From: a virus
Lineage: Duplodnaviria > Caudoviricetes
Virus record (IMG/VR): IMGVR_UViG_3300045950_000056
Span: 1-53,719 of that record
Reading direction: 5' to 3' (one strand)
Length of the DNA: 53,719 nucleotides
The translations under genes and the position numbers were made by a program. Below, piece after piece: positions 1 through 8,297 of this stretch (position 1 is the stretch's first letter; every line of letters begins with the position of its first letter). The notes under the pieces are model-generated. The model did no database searches and was not told the DNA's origin. It worked only from the letters and a program-made list of their open reading frames with translations.

Positions 1-68
1 CTGAGAACGGTCAGCAGCACATGGCCTGATAATTCCGATTCGCTACGGTCCGCCGGGATCAGACTCCA

Positions 69-480
69 ATGAGCGTTCGGGGGCCCGTGATTATCCACGT
101 TGTCTCTGCGCTCCATATCATTCAAGCTCTCGCACTGTTTCTCGGACAGGAGGCGGCCCGGGCGACTCCGATTGCCGGGCTGGCGACGTGGGTTCCGATC
201 CCGTGGCTCATCGGCATCTTGTTCCTCGCGGCGGCGGTCGGGGCCTCCTATCTCTTTCTCGCTCGGCGGGGATCATTGTGGTTTGCAGGAAGCGCTCCTG
301 ATCCTCGCGGCCTTCGGGGGACTCAAAGCCGCATGGTTCGGAGAATATCTGGACGGGACGGTGATCCCTCGGCTCCATATTCTCGCTGACCAAGTTGTCT
401 ATGCCATGTTAGCCATCGGGCACGCTTGGGCAATCGTGCAGGAGAAAGCCCGATGCCACGAGTGTCCACCTGGCGGATGA
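69..480 (+). pseudogene. Multi-pass membrane protein split by a frameshift near 283-290
   Basis: Hydrophobic ORF 69.. (to ...GSLWFAG) continues plausibly in the +1 frame (LQEALLILAAFGG...) to the stop at 480. Confidence 0.55.
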
Positions 481-481
481 T

Positions 482-697
482 ATGGTTGAGATAGCCGCCC
501 TTATCTTGGCTATCGTGGGCCCCTTCTTCACGGCATGGTTTGCCTACAAAGCCGCAGACCGCCGGAGTCAGAGTCGCTTTACGCACTTGGAGACGAACGA
601 CATGGTCCACCTCCGCGCCCGGCTCGATGGGATCGAAGAACGGCTCGGGCGGATTGAGACGTGGGTGTTCGAGCACCAGCGGAACCACCCCCAATGA
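482..697 (+). CDS. Small membrane-anchored coiled-coil protein (holin/XhlA-like)
   Basis: N-terminal TM helix plus heptad pattern LRARLDGIEERLGRIE; lysis-module context. Confidence 0.55.
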   Translation: MVEIAALILAIVGPFFTAWFAYKAADRRSQSRFTHLETNDMVHLRARLDGIEERLGRIETWVFEHQRNHPQ

Positions 698-963
698 ATA
701 ATCAGCTGCCGAAATCCAATGGAGTGTACCGCTGGATCGCGGGTATTCTAGCCGCGCTCGCCACGGCGGGTCTCAGCTATGTGGCGTCGGATAACCGTGC
801 CAGGATTCAGGAACTCAGCACGGAAATCAGGCGAGTGTCTGCGATTCAGTCTCAACGCGGCGAGCGGATTACAGCGGTCGAGACCCAGCTTCTGGGGATT
901 CATCCGAGGCTTGACAAGATTGAGGCGAAGCTCGACGACGTGCTCGCTCGGCTCCGGCGGTAA
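694..963 (+). CDS. Small membrane-anchored coiled-coil protein (holin/XhlA-like)
   Basis: ATGA coupling to previous gene; TM helix plus RLDKIEAKLD coiled coil. Confidence 0.55.
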   Translation: MNNQLPKSNGVYRWIAGILAALATAGLSYVASDNRARIQELSTEIRRVSAIQSQRGERITAVETQLLGIHPRLDKIEAKLDDVLARLRR

Positions 964-1070
964 TAGCTTTGGTAGAACGGACAGATGTTTGCGGCATGGG
1001 AAACGGTGTCGGGGGCGTTTGGCCTCGGCGTTTGGCCTCGCGGCGCTCCGCTACGCCACGGCCAAGGTCG

Positions 1071-1100
1071 TTAATATAGTTTAGTATAGCTTAGTATATG
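1071..1100. repeat. Three tandem AT-rich 10-mers TTAATATAGT/TTAGTATAGC/TTAGTATATG
   Basis: Directly visible; ends on the ATG at 1098. Confidence 0.7.
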
Positions 1101-1307
1101 ATCCCCCGCCCCTCGCCCGTCCTAACCATGGTCGCTCATTGTCTCTATCACCAGCGGGACCGGGGCGACCGGTTTGCCTATTGTGAGCGGCATGAGGCCG
1201 AATGTCTGGAGAGGGGGTCTCAATGGTGGTGCCCCTTCGGGCACGTCGCCCGGTCCAGTTCCGAGCCGCTGTCATGTCCGATCTGCGCGGGCCGATCCTG
1301 GGCCTGA
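1098..1307 (+). CDS. Small Cys/His-rich Zn-ribbon-like protein
   Basis: CPFGH...CPIC motifs. Confidence 0.45.
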   Translation: MIPRPSPVLTMVAHCLYHQRDRGDRFAYCERHEAECLERGSQWWCPFGHVARSSSEPLSCPICAGRSWA

Positions 1308-1579
1308 TTCTCGTTACGACAACGCCCGCTTCGGCGGTCCCAATCATTTTGACCGAGCCGCCCGTGCAGACGACTCCCGATGCGCCGTGTCGGGTCCTCT
1401 GGAAAGCCTTTATCCGGGACCACGGAGGGATTGAAGAACTCTGTTGGTCGGGGCGGCATTTGCTCCTGGAACGGGTCCTGTCGGCCCCTGACATGAAGCT
1501 CGAGCATCGGGATATTCGCTTCCAGGTTCCCATGCGGGAGTTGGCCCCGTGTCCCCCTCCCGTGTTGGAGGATCCGTAA
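1274..1579 (+). CDS. Hypothetical protein with signal-peptide-like N terminus
   Basis: Hydrophobic stretch ending ASA; fits operon packing. Confidence 0.45.
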   Translation: MSDLRGPILGLILVTTTPASAVPIILTEPPVQTTPDAPCRVLWKAFIRDHGGIEELCWSGRHLLLERVLSAPDMKLEHRDIRFQVPMRELAPCPPPVLEDP

Positions 1580-2134
1580 CTGCTCGCGCTCGTCGCCCGC
1601 TTGCCTGACGACCGGCGGCAGTTGGGGACGCTGGTCGCCCAGGACGTCACGCTCGGGATGTTGCAGGCACCCCATGGAATTCAGATCGACGACCTCGACG
1701 ATCCCTATGGCGACGATACGGAGATTCGCCCGTTCGGCCCCGTGCCCTGTTTCGGCAAGGCCGACAATCGCGGGGCGGCAGATCATAAGAATTCCACGCG
1801 GGACCCGACCCTGCCCTACGGGGATCACCCGCTGGGAATGTACCGGATTACCGGATGGGCTCCTTCCTCTCGGGCCGAATTCGCCACCTTCGGCCCGGCA
1901 GGGAAGCTCGTCCTGGACCCTTACGAAGGGCAGGCCCTCATTGCGAAGGCGAACGGGCGCTATGGCCTCTTGCTCCACGGCGGGGCGCTGGGAGGCCCCT
2001 ATCCTCGGGGGTTTCGGCCCACCTACGGATGCCTCCGACTCCTGGACCCCGACGTGCTAGAATTGGTGGCGTGGTGGCGGGAAACTCGCTGCGCGTGGTA
2101 TCGGGCCGAACGGGCCCTCCGAAAGGCAGCATGA
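1580..2134 (+). CDS. Putative endolysin, L,D-transpeptidase (YkuD/Tlde1-like) fold; probable CTG start
   Basis: PLGMYRI and LLHGG...PTYGCLRL His/Cys motif; GGAGGA at 1567-1572 precedes in-frame CTG at 1580; upstream of holin. Confidence 0.7.
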   Translation: MLALVARLPDDRRQLGTLVAQDVTLGMLQAPHGIQIDDLDDPYGDDTEIRPFGPVPCFGKADNRGAADHKNSTRDPTLPYGDHPLGMYRITGWAPSSRAEFATFGPAGKLVLDPYEGQALIAKANGRYGLLLHGGALGGPYPRGFRPTYGCLRLLDPDVLELVAWWRETRCAWYRAERALRKAA

Positions 2135-2325
2135 TCTCTTACTGCTGTCCAGTCTGTCGTGGACGCGGGACAGTGGACGAGCAGTTTTATTCCAGCCTTC
2201 CGGTATCTGGTACGGCGGTCAATGAGGTTCCATGTCGCTCCTGTTCAGGAACAGGGATTGTGTGGTGGCCTGAGAATTCGCAGGTAGAAAGTGCCCGCGC
2301 GGGCACTGCAAAACAGGGAGGATAG
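2131..2325 (+). CDS. Small DnaJ-type zinc-finger protein
   Basis: CPVCRGRG and CRSCSGTG (CxxCxGxG) motifs; ATGA coupling. Confidence 0.6.
   Translation: MISYCCPVCRGRGTVDEQFYSSLPVSGTAVNEVPCRSCSGTGIVWWPENSQVESARAGTAKQGG
2290..2307. promoter_or_regulatory. 18-bp palindrome AGTGCCCGCGCGGGCACT, perfect copy
   Basis: Perfect inverted repeat just upstream of the holin RBS (GGAGG). Confidence 0.7.
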
Positions 2326-2327
2326 AT

Positions 2328-2531
2328 ATGGGAACGATGATCCGCAACCGCTGGACAACGATTATGGGCGTCCTGGCTGGCGTGATGAGCTATCTCGTGA
2401 CCGTCGGCCCGGATCGGCTGCCCACGAGCCGCCAGGAGTGGGGCTACTTTCTGGTGAGTGCGCTGCTCGCCGGGCTCGGCATCAGCGCCAAAGATGCCAC
2501 GACCGGAAGCAGACCGGGAGCCCAGTCATGA
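2328..2531 (+). CDS. Putative holin (2 TM)
   Basis: 67 aa, two hydrophobic helices, N-W-x-T-T start and AKD ending, strong RBS. Confidence 0.7.
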   Translation: MGTMIRNRWTTIMGVLAGVMSYLVTVGPDRLPTSRQEWGYFLVSALLAGLGISAKDATTGSRPGAQS

Positions 2532-2959
2532 CCGCCCGCCGCCGACCGCTCTCCATTCGACAGCTCGCGGTTCTGATTCTGCTGACCGTCTTGCTGCCAG
2601 CGTGTGGCAGTACGCTCTACTACACGGGCGAAGGACTCGCCGCGCTCGGCAACCGGTTTGCCGACACGGGCGAACTCTACAACGATCTCTACCAGGCCAA
2701 GCAGATCACGCCTGAGCAGTACGGGGTGTGGGCGGCGTTCGCCACCACGTTCAAAGCGGTCTATCCGCGTGCGACGGCGCTGTGGAAACGGGCCAAGGCG
2801 CAATACGATCAGGAACTTGCCCGGAAAACCGCCGACCCGTCCATTCTCCGGGAGGCGAAGCAGGACTTAGGACAAGCCGAATCTCTCTTGCGCTCGCTCG
2901 CCCTCGGTCTCTCGCGCTTTACCCGGGATCTCGTAGGCCAGATTAAGAAAGGAGACTAG
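2528..2959 (+). CDS. Putative lipoprotein
   Basis: Basic N terminus, hydrophobic core, lipobox-like LPAC. Confidence 0.6.
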   Translation: MTARRRPLSIRQLAVLILLTVLLPACGSTLYYTGEGLAALGNRFADTGELYNDLYQAKQITPEQYGVWAAFATTFKAVYPRATALWKRAKAQYDQELARKTADPSILREAKQDLGQAESLLRSLALGLSRFTRDLVGQIKKGD

Positions 2960-2961
2960 CC

Positions 2962-3147
2962 ATGGCGCTTCCGTTGCTTGCCATTTTGCCAGCCGCCTCG
3001 GCGGCGCTCAAGCTGAGTCGAGACCTCTATGAGATGATCCGCAACGATCCCGACACGCCCGCCGAGGTCAAGGAAAAGACGGATGCGACCCTGCGGAAGA
3101 TCGAGGAAGCCGAGGAACGAGTGGCCGATTTACCGATTCTATCGTGA
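2962..3147 (+). CDS. Hypothetical lysis-module protein
   Basis: AGGAG RBS; amphipathic 61-aa ORF. Confidence 0.55.
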   Translation: MALPLLAILPAASAALKLSRDLYEMIRNDPDTPAEVKEKTDATLRKIEEAEERVADLPILS

Positions 3148-3213
3148 TCGAGCGGCGGATTCGGCTCGCCGAATTCGGTACTTTGCCACGCATATTATTC
3201 GTGGGGATATACC

Positions 3214-3393
3214 GTGATCCGCTGGCTTAAGATTCTCCTGCTTCGCCTGCTCGCTCGGTGGGCTACGAAGCGAGCCGAGCAGATGGCCGAGATAGGAGAG
3301 AGCGAGCAAAAGGAGCGCCAAGCCATCCAGCAAACCACCGAGGATGAACGGGCGGCTCTCCGGCAGGATCCGAACCGATTTTGGCGTAGTTGA
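3214..3393 (+). CDS. Putative i-spanin (Rz-like), 59 aa; absent from the ORF track
   Basis: Manual translation MIRWLKILLLRLLARW...EQKERQAIQQTTEDERAALRQDPNRFWRS: anchor plus helical domain; GTG start with RBS. Confidence 0.5.
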   Translation: MIRWLKILLLRLLARWATKRAEQMAEIGESEQKERQAIQQTTEDERAALRQDPNRFWRS

Positions 3394-3395
3394 GA

Positions 3396-4070
3396 ATGAC
3401 TTTAGGATCTGATGTCGAAAGACTGCTTCGCGTCCCTTCTCGCTGGAACAGGCTTCTCGGACTCTGGACCTCCAGCATTAAGCTCGCAGCTATCGTCGCC
3501 CTTCGGAAGGAACTTACACGCGGTCGCCGTTTATTATTGGAAGAACAAGTCTGCGCCCTCCTTGCCCAAGCAGCCGATCAGCAGTTTCGGCTTGAAGGCG
3601 TGAAGAACATTGTTCCCCGCATTGGTCGGTCACCCTCACGCCCATTCCGTATTGGGCGCTGTCTTCCCTGTCAACGATATTTCATCACGCTCAAACGTGG
3701 ACGCTCATTCTGCTCACGGGCCTGTATGGGCAAGAGCGGGCGTTGCGGCAGGCCCCGAAAACTTCCGTCTGGACCGATCTTGCTCCAGCTCTACGTGGCT
3801 GAGCAGTGGTCAACACCTGAGATCGCTAGATGCTATGGCGTCACTGATCCCCATACCGTGAGAACGGCACTTCTCCGATTTGGAGTGACACTCAGGAGGC
3901 GCACGAACGCCCGAAGATGCTCTGTGCGTCAGTGCCATGCTCCCGTGTTCAAGATTCGTCACGCGAAAAACGGGAGTTGGTATGGTCGCCGCTGCGAGCA
4001 ACATTGGCGCGTTCATCGCACGATGCTCTCCAGACTGTACCGACGAAATGCCCTCTGGCGAGCAGCATGA
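3396..4070 (+). CDS. Basic Zn-finger/HTH protein, homing-endonuclease-associated type
   Basis: CLPC...FCSRAC, LYVAEQWSTPEIARCYGV HTH-like segment, CSVRQC...CEQH. Confidence 0.55.
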   Translation: MTLGSDVERLLRVPSRWNRLLGLWTSSIKLAAIVALRKELTRGRRLLLEEQVCALLAQAADQQFRLEGVKNIVPRIGRSPSRPFRIGRCLPCQRYFITLKRGRSFCSRACMGKSGRCGRPRKLPSGPILLQLYVAEQWSTPEIARCYGVTDPHTVRTALLRFGVTLRRRTNARRCSVRQCHAPVFKIRHAKNGSWYGRRCEQHWRVHRTMLSRLYRRNALWRAA

Positions 4071-4318
4071 GACGAGGTACTGCTCTCATGTTTCTCGCCC
4101 TCGGGCTCGCCGGATGCGCCTCGGCCCCCTGCCCGTCCCTCCGTGCCCGCCCGGCGGGGCACTTTTATCCCACGACGGTCGAAATCCAGAAGAACAGCCT
4201 CACCGAGCAGGTCAAGGGCTTCGCGCTGACGGAAGCTGATCTTCAGGGGCTTCTGAGCTACGTCGTTCAAATCGAGGCGCAGTATCGACAGTGTGCGGGG
4301 GGACGAGGATCATGGTGA
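4067..4318 (+). CDS. Putative o-spanin (Rz1-like lipoprotein)
   Basis: Lipobox LAGC, Pro-rich linker, C-terminal helix with Cys. Confidence 0.6.
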   Translation: MRRGTALMFLALGLAGCASAPCPSLRARPAGHFYPTTVEIQKNSLTEQVKGFALTEADLQGLLSYVVQIEAQYRQCAGGRGSW

Positions 4319-4638
4319 CTTGCCTACGAAATCAGCTTTGTCGCTATCTCATGGGAGCGCTAACCTTACAGGAGTTTCGAGAGTGGTTTTCCCCTCAAGC
4401 GTGGAACGTCGATCAGCGGGAATCTCGGGACACGGCTCGGCTTGTGCATGAGATTGATCTAGTGCTAGCCGAGTACGATCACGGACACTGGACTGAGGAT
4501 GAACTAAAGCAACACTTCGTACCTGTTCTCGCTACTCTGGTTTACTGGCTAGATCGCCCCTTGGTTTACAAGTCGGATACTGCTGCGGTGGGAAATCAAT
4601 GCGTCCTGTTTCCGCTTCGGTACCCTGGCGGGCATTGA
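4312..4638 (+). CDS. Hypothetical protein resembling helical immunity proteins
   Basis: YLxGxLTLxEFxxWF...WTEDELK pattern recalls colicin-D-type immunity folds. Confidence 0.45.
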   Translation: MVTCLRNQLCRYLMGALTLQEFREWFSPQAWNVDQRESRDTARLVHEIDLVLAEYDHGHWTEDELKQHFVPVLATLVYWLDRPLVYKSDTAAVGNQCVLFPLRYPGGH

Positions 4639-4732
4639 CACGTTTTGTCACTTTGCCTAGTGACAGAAAACGTCACTGACCCCAGGTTCGCAAGTACGTA
4701 GAATCCTTGCGAGAAAAAAATTCAGGACGGCC

Positions 4733-4761
4733 TTGACACGCTTAGAGCCGTAGGCTACAAT
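4733..4761 (+). promoter_or_regulatory. Sigma70-type early promoter TTGACA-N17-TACAAT
   Basis: Near-consensus boxes, 17-bp spacer, upstream A-tract, at head of the rightward operon. Confidence 0.85.
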
Positions 4762-4783
4762 CCGTGATGTAGGGGCAACCCAT

Positions 4784-5188
4784 ATGGACCACCTGGAACA
4801 GTGCAATCACCTCGAAACTCTAAGTCTACCACCCCTTCACCGGGCGGTCGTCGCGCTGCTCAAAAGAATTTGTGAGGAGGAAACGGACTACAATAGCCGA
4901 GACCGTCTATTGTGGGCGCTTCTCACAGCACTCCGCTCCTGCGATGACCGGTCACCAACTATGTTTGAATTCAAGAGCTTGACCACGGAACGGATAAGAT
5001 ATTTAGCAGTCCGCAATGGCGCTTTCGATGTTTTCGATAGCCAGCCTCTATCTCCTAGTGAACGCAAACGCCGCGATGATCTGCTACGCGCTGGATCAGC
5101 ACATTTCTTTGTCCATTATCATGATGCAGTCGAAGCCATCCGGCGTATCTTTCATTACGACTTAGAGACTGAAATGCCGCTGTCGTAA
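4784..5188 (+). CDS. Hypothetical early protein
   Basis: First ORF after promoter, RBS AGGGG, visibly lower GC. Confidence 0.65.
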   Translation: MDHLEQCNHLETLSLPPLHRAVVALLKRICEEETDYNSRDRLLWALLTALRSCDDRSPTMFEFKSLTTERIRYLAVRNGAFDVFDSQPLSPSERKRRDDLLRAGSAHFFVHYHDAVEAIRRIFHYDLETEMPLS

Positions 5189-5204
5189 AGGGCTATCGAG
5201 GGTC

Positions 5205-5807
5205 ATGGACCACCTGGAAGAGACCAAGCACGACGATTCGGGGCACCCCGTTGAGTCGAGACAGCGGGGGGCAGGGAGCTCTACTCTCCAGGTGGTCCGC
5301 CCTGCCAGCCCCGTTTTTTTCAGTGCCCGCGCGGGCAGCGGGGCGACCGACATGGCGGGGCCACCCGAGGCAAGAACGATCCGGCGCGGCAATCGGGCTG
5401 TCGCTGGATCAGGGGATAGTGGCGTGGTCCCCGCCATAAAACGAACACGTTCGCTTGTCGTAGAAGTGAGGCGGAAGGCGACGGAGGCCGCACATCTACG
5501 GGCTCGGCTAAGACAACTAGAAACCGAATTGGCTGAGTTGCGGGCTGCCGTCCAAGACTATGAGCTACGACCCTATCGGCATTCTTCCATCGTTGGGCGT
5601 GCGGTGGAAGTGATCAGAGAACTCGCCCGACCTATGACAGCCGACGAAATAATCGCCATGTTGCATATGGAGGGGCACACGGTTGATCGGAGAACCTTGA
5701 TTCAGTCATTAGGTCGGGCAATCCGCACCGGGCGGGTATTCTTACGCCGCAATGGGCGCGGCTATTACGAGTTGACCGACGTGGCACCAAACCGCCATAA
5801 CTTGTGA
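5205..5807 (+). CDS. Coiled-coil plus winged-HTH protein; start uncertain
   Basis: AVEVIRELARPMTADEII...GRGYYEL winged-helix pattern. Confidence 0.65.
   Translation: MDHLEETKHDDSGHPVESRQRGAGSSTLQVVRPASPVFFSARAGSGATDMAGPPEARTIRRGNRAVAGSGDSGVVPAIKRTRSLVVEVRRKATEAAHLRARLRQLETELAELRAAVQDYELRPYRHSSIVGRAVEVIRELARPMTADEIIAMLHMEGHTVDRRTLIQSLGRAIRTGRVFLRRNGRGYYELTDVAPNRHNL
5322..5339. promoter_or_regulatory. 18-bp palindrome copy (16/18)
   Basis: AGTGCCCGCGCGGGCAgc. Confidence 0.6.
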
Positions 5808-5854
5808 GTACACCGATGCGCTTGAGCCGTTCGTCGAAGTGAGAGGTTCGTGTG

Positions 5855-5872
5855 TGTGCCCGCGCGGGCACT
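5855..5872. promoter_or_regulatory. 18-bp palindrome copy (17/18)
   Basis: tGTGCCCGCGCGGGCACT, intergenic, upstream of ATG 5886. Confidence 0.7.
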
Positions 5873-5885
5873 TTAGGATGACCGG

Positions 5886-6170
5886 ATGCCACTCTACTGC
5901 TTATGTGAGGCAAACAACGATAAACCGGATTCGCAACACTACGGCGCTCCGAATCGGTACGCCGCAATGGTGGGCCAACCAGGTGACTTCCCGCCATTGG
6001 CACTCCGCCAAAAGATGGTCTGCATCAAGACGGGTGCACAGCAAGTGCTCCTGTACGCCAAGGATGATAAGCCGAACATGTGGGAAGGCGGAAGGCCAAC
6101 GAAAGACCATTATCCGAATGTCGATGTGTTCGAGTGTCCGCATTGCCGAGCGCGAGTGGTGCGTCAGTGA
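5886..6170 (+). CDS. Small Zn-ribbon protein
   Basis: YCLC and CPHC motifs. Confidence 0.5.
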   Translation: MPLYCLCEANNDKPDSQHYGAPNRYAAMVGQPGDFPPLALRQKMVCIKTGAQQVLLYAKDDKPNMWEGGRPTKDHYPNVDVFECPHCRARVVRQ

Positions 6171-6214
6171 AGATGAACACCGCGAAAAAGGGGCACTAGA
6201 TCGGGGGAAGGAAC

Positions 6215-7540
6215 ATGCAAAAACTCAAGAAGAAGAGCAAGATCACCATCAAGAAGAAGAGGCAAGACAATAAATCTGGACTACCAGCCGTAGCGCAACC
6301 GCCCACGCCAACGAGGCGACTGGTAGTCAGGTCGCCAGATGGTCTCTCGCCGCGCTCCCTTGAAGAAGCGATGGCCCTTGCAACTCAGCTATCGGATTCG
6401 GCATTAGTCCCGAAGGAGTATCGAGGCAAGCCCGGCGATATCCTTATTGCCATCGGCCTCGGGCATGAGGTCGGCCTCAAGTGGGCCCAGGCCCTCCAGT
6501 CCATCGCGGTTATCGGTGGCCGCCCGACGATCTGGGGGGATGCCGGGCTCGGGCTCGTGATCCAGCACCCCGATTACGAATGGCACAAGGAGACCGACAA
6601 CGCTCAAACACAGACGGCGACCTGTGCAATCAAGCGGCGCGGACTCGATCCAGTGGTGCGGACGTTCTCGCAGGCCGATGCCGAGCGGATCACCGTTTGG
6701 GAGCGAGACGCGCAAGGCAACACTCGGCAGGTCCGACTCGCCGACAGGCCAGTCTGGAAGGCGGGCTATGGCCAGCGAATGCGCCAGATGCGGGCGCGCT
6801 GGTGGGCCATGAAGGACAGCTTCCCCGATGCCCTCAAGGGTATCGAGGGGCGGGAATGGGTAGAGGATGATCTCTCGGTCACCCGCGAGGCCGAGAGGCC
6901 ACCGCTTGAGGACTTGATGCCCAAGAAACCAATCATACCTGCGGCGCGGAGTCACGGTGAGCGGCGAGACGAGTCTATGCGGCAGACTGGCGGGGAGGGG
7001 ATGACGGAGCCGCAGAATATCGGGCCATCCCTGAATCAGGCAGGCGTCTCAGCGAGGGGGTCGGAGCCGAGTTCACCGTCGCCGCAAGGTACCCTTCTGC
7101 TTCTCACTCCCGATCAGCAAGAGCGGCATGCGCTGCTCGGGAGGATCGACGAGCTTGTCAAACAGAAGAAAGCCAAGGCCCAGTGGTTCGGGGGTGTGGT
7201 CGCGCAATACGCGGGTGGCGATCTGGCTACGGCGTCCCTCGACAGCCTGCTGGCGATCCACGATCTGCTGACGGGCATTCCTGACCCGCCGAATAAGGAG
7301 CCCCATCCCCGCAAGAATCACGTGGTCACTTTCGAGATCGGCGGGCGGTCCTATACGACTGCCGGGATCGAGAAGACGACTCTGCTGGCGATCTTCGACG
7401 CCGAGGCCAAGCTGGAGAAAATCCAGAAGGGCCTTGCCAGGACGATGCTCGTGAAGCACTTCGGCGTGGAGCACCGCACCGACCTCACCGAGGAGCAGGC
7501 GCAAATCTACGTCCGCAAGCTCCAGGAGGCGATCCAATGA
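6215..7540 (+). CDS. recT: RecT/Bet-like ssDNA-annealing protein with C-terminal extension
   Basis: VPKEYRGKPGDI...GHEVGL...QALQSIAVIGGRPTIWGD...RMRQMRAR...FPDALKG. Confidence 0.85.
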   Translation: MQKLKKKSKITIKKKRQDNKSGLPAVAQPPTPTRRLVVRSPDGLSPRSLEEAMALATQLSDSALVPKEYRGKPGDILIAIGLGHEVGLKWAQALQSIAVIGGRPTIWGDAGLGLVIQHPDYEWHKETDNAQTQTATCAIKRRGLDPVVRTFSQADAERITVWERDAQGNTRQVRLADRPVWKAGYGQRMRQMRARWWAMKDSFPDALKGIEGREWVEDDLSVTREAERPPLEDLMPKKPIIPAARSHGERRDESMRQTGGEGMTEPQNIGPSLNQAGVSARGSEPSSPSPQGTLLLLTPDQQERHALLGRIDELVKQKKAKAQWFGGVVAQYAGGDLATASLDSLLAIHDLLTGIPDPPNKEPHPRKNHVVTFEIGGRSYTTAGIEKTTLLAIFDAEAKLEKIQKGLARTMLVKHFGVEHRTDLTEEQAQIYVRKLQEAIQ

Positions 7541-7707
7541 TGAACATGTGGGACCGCTTTGTGTGGGGAGTGGGTGCCACTCTGCTTACTGGGGTTGCGT
7601 TTGTTACGTGCGTGTTTATTATTGTGTTATTCATCGCCGGAACTACGGCAATCTTCTCCGAGAAATTGGTCTATTCCAAAGAAACGGGCTGGGGCTGCAA
7701 AAAATGA
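7537..7707 (+). CDS. Small membrane protein, 56 aa; absent from the ORF track
   Basis: Manual translation; long hydrophobic stretch; ATGA-coupled at both ends. Confidence 0.6.
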   Translation: MMNMWDRFVWGVGATLLTGVAFVTCVFIIVLFIAGTTAIFSEKLVYSKETGWGCKK

Positions 7708-8297
7708 CGCACCGGGGTCGGACGATAGGCGGCATCTACTACCCGTCGGTGACGGAAATCCTGGCGGCGGTGGGGCTTGGCCCACAGTATGATGGGATGC
7801 CTCCAGATCGTCGGGCTTACGCGATGGCCCGAGGTTCAGCCGTCCACAAGGCGATTGAACTTGAGTGGGCTGGGCAGCTTAGCGGCTACCAACTCCACGC
7901 TGGCACAGTAGGCTATGTGGACGCCTTTCGGCGATGGCGCGATGAGGTGAAGCCCACACTCATCGCGGCTGAGCCCGAGCTAATCAGCCACCGGTGGCGC
8001 TTCCTCGGGCATCCTGATCTTGTAGCAGACCTTGGTGACTCGCGTATCGTGGTGGTGGAATATAAATGCGGGAAGGTTCCCCCTGAAGCCGTGTACCAAG
8101 CCCAAGCGTATCGAATTCTCGCGCTTGAACACTATCCAGGACCAGTTCCTGTGATTGCCCTTGAACTTCATCCCGATGGCTCGTACCGGCATTGGGTCCT
8201 TGATCTGCCCCAAACAGATCAGGTGATCCATGCGGCGATTATTGTCTATCGGGAGCAGCGTTATCTTGGCCGATCCGTGGAGAAAGGAGGCGCATGA
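7704..8297 (+). CDS. PD-(D/E)XK exonuclease, RecT partner
   Basis: YPSVTEIL, RGSAVHKAIE, GHPDL, VEYK, QAQAY motifs. Confidence 0.8.
   Translation: MTHRGRTIGGIYYPSVTEILAAVGLGPQYDGMPPDRRAYAMARGSAVHKAIELEWAGQLSGYQLHAGTVGYVDAFRRWRDEVKPTLIAAEPELISHRWRFLGHPDLVADLGDSRIVVVEYKCGKVPPEAVYQAQAYRILALEHYPGPVPVIALELHPDGSYRHWVLDLPQTDQVIHAAIIVYREQRYLGRSVEKGGA

Noticed and set aside
7704-8297. Cas4 call for the exonuclease
   Set aside because: Lacks the Fe-S cysteine cluster and sits beside RecT, so it is a recombination exonuclease.
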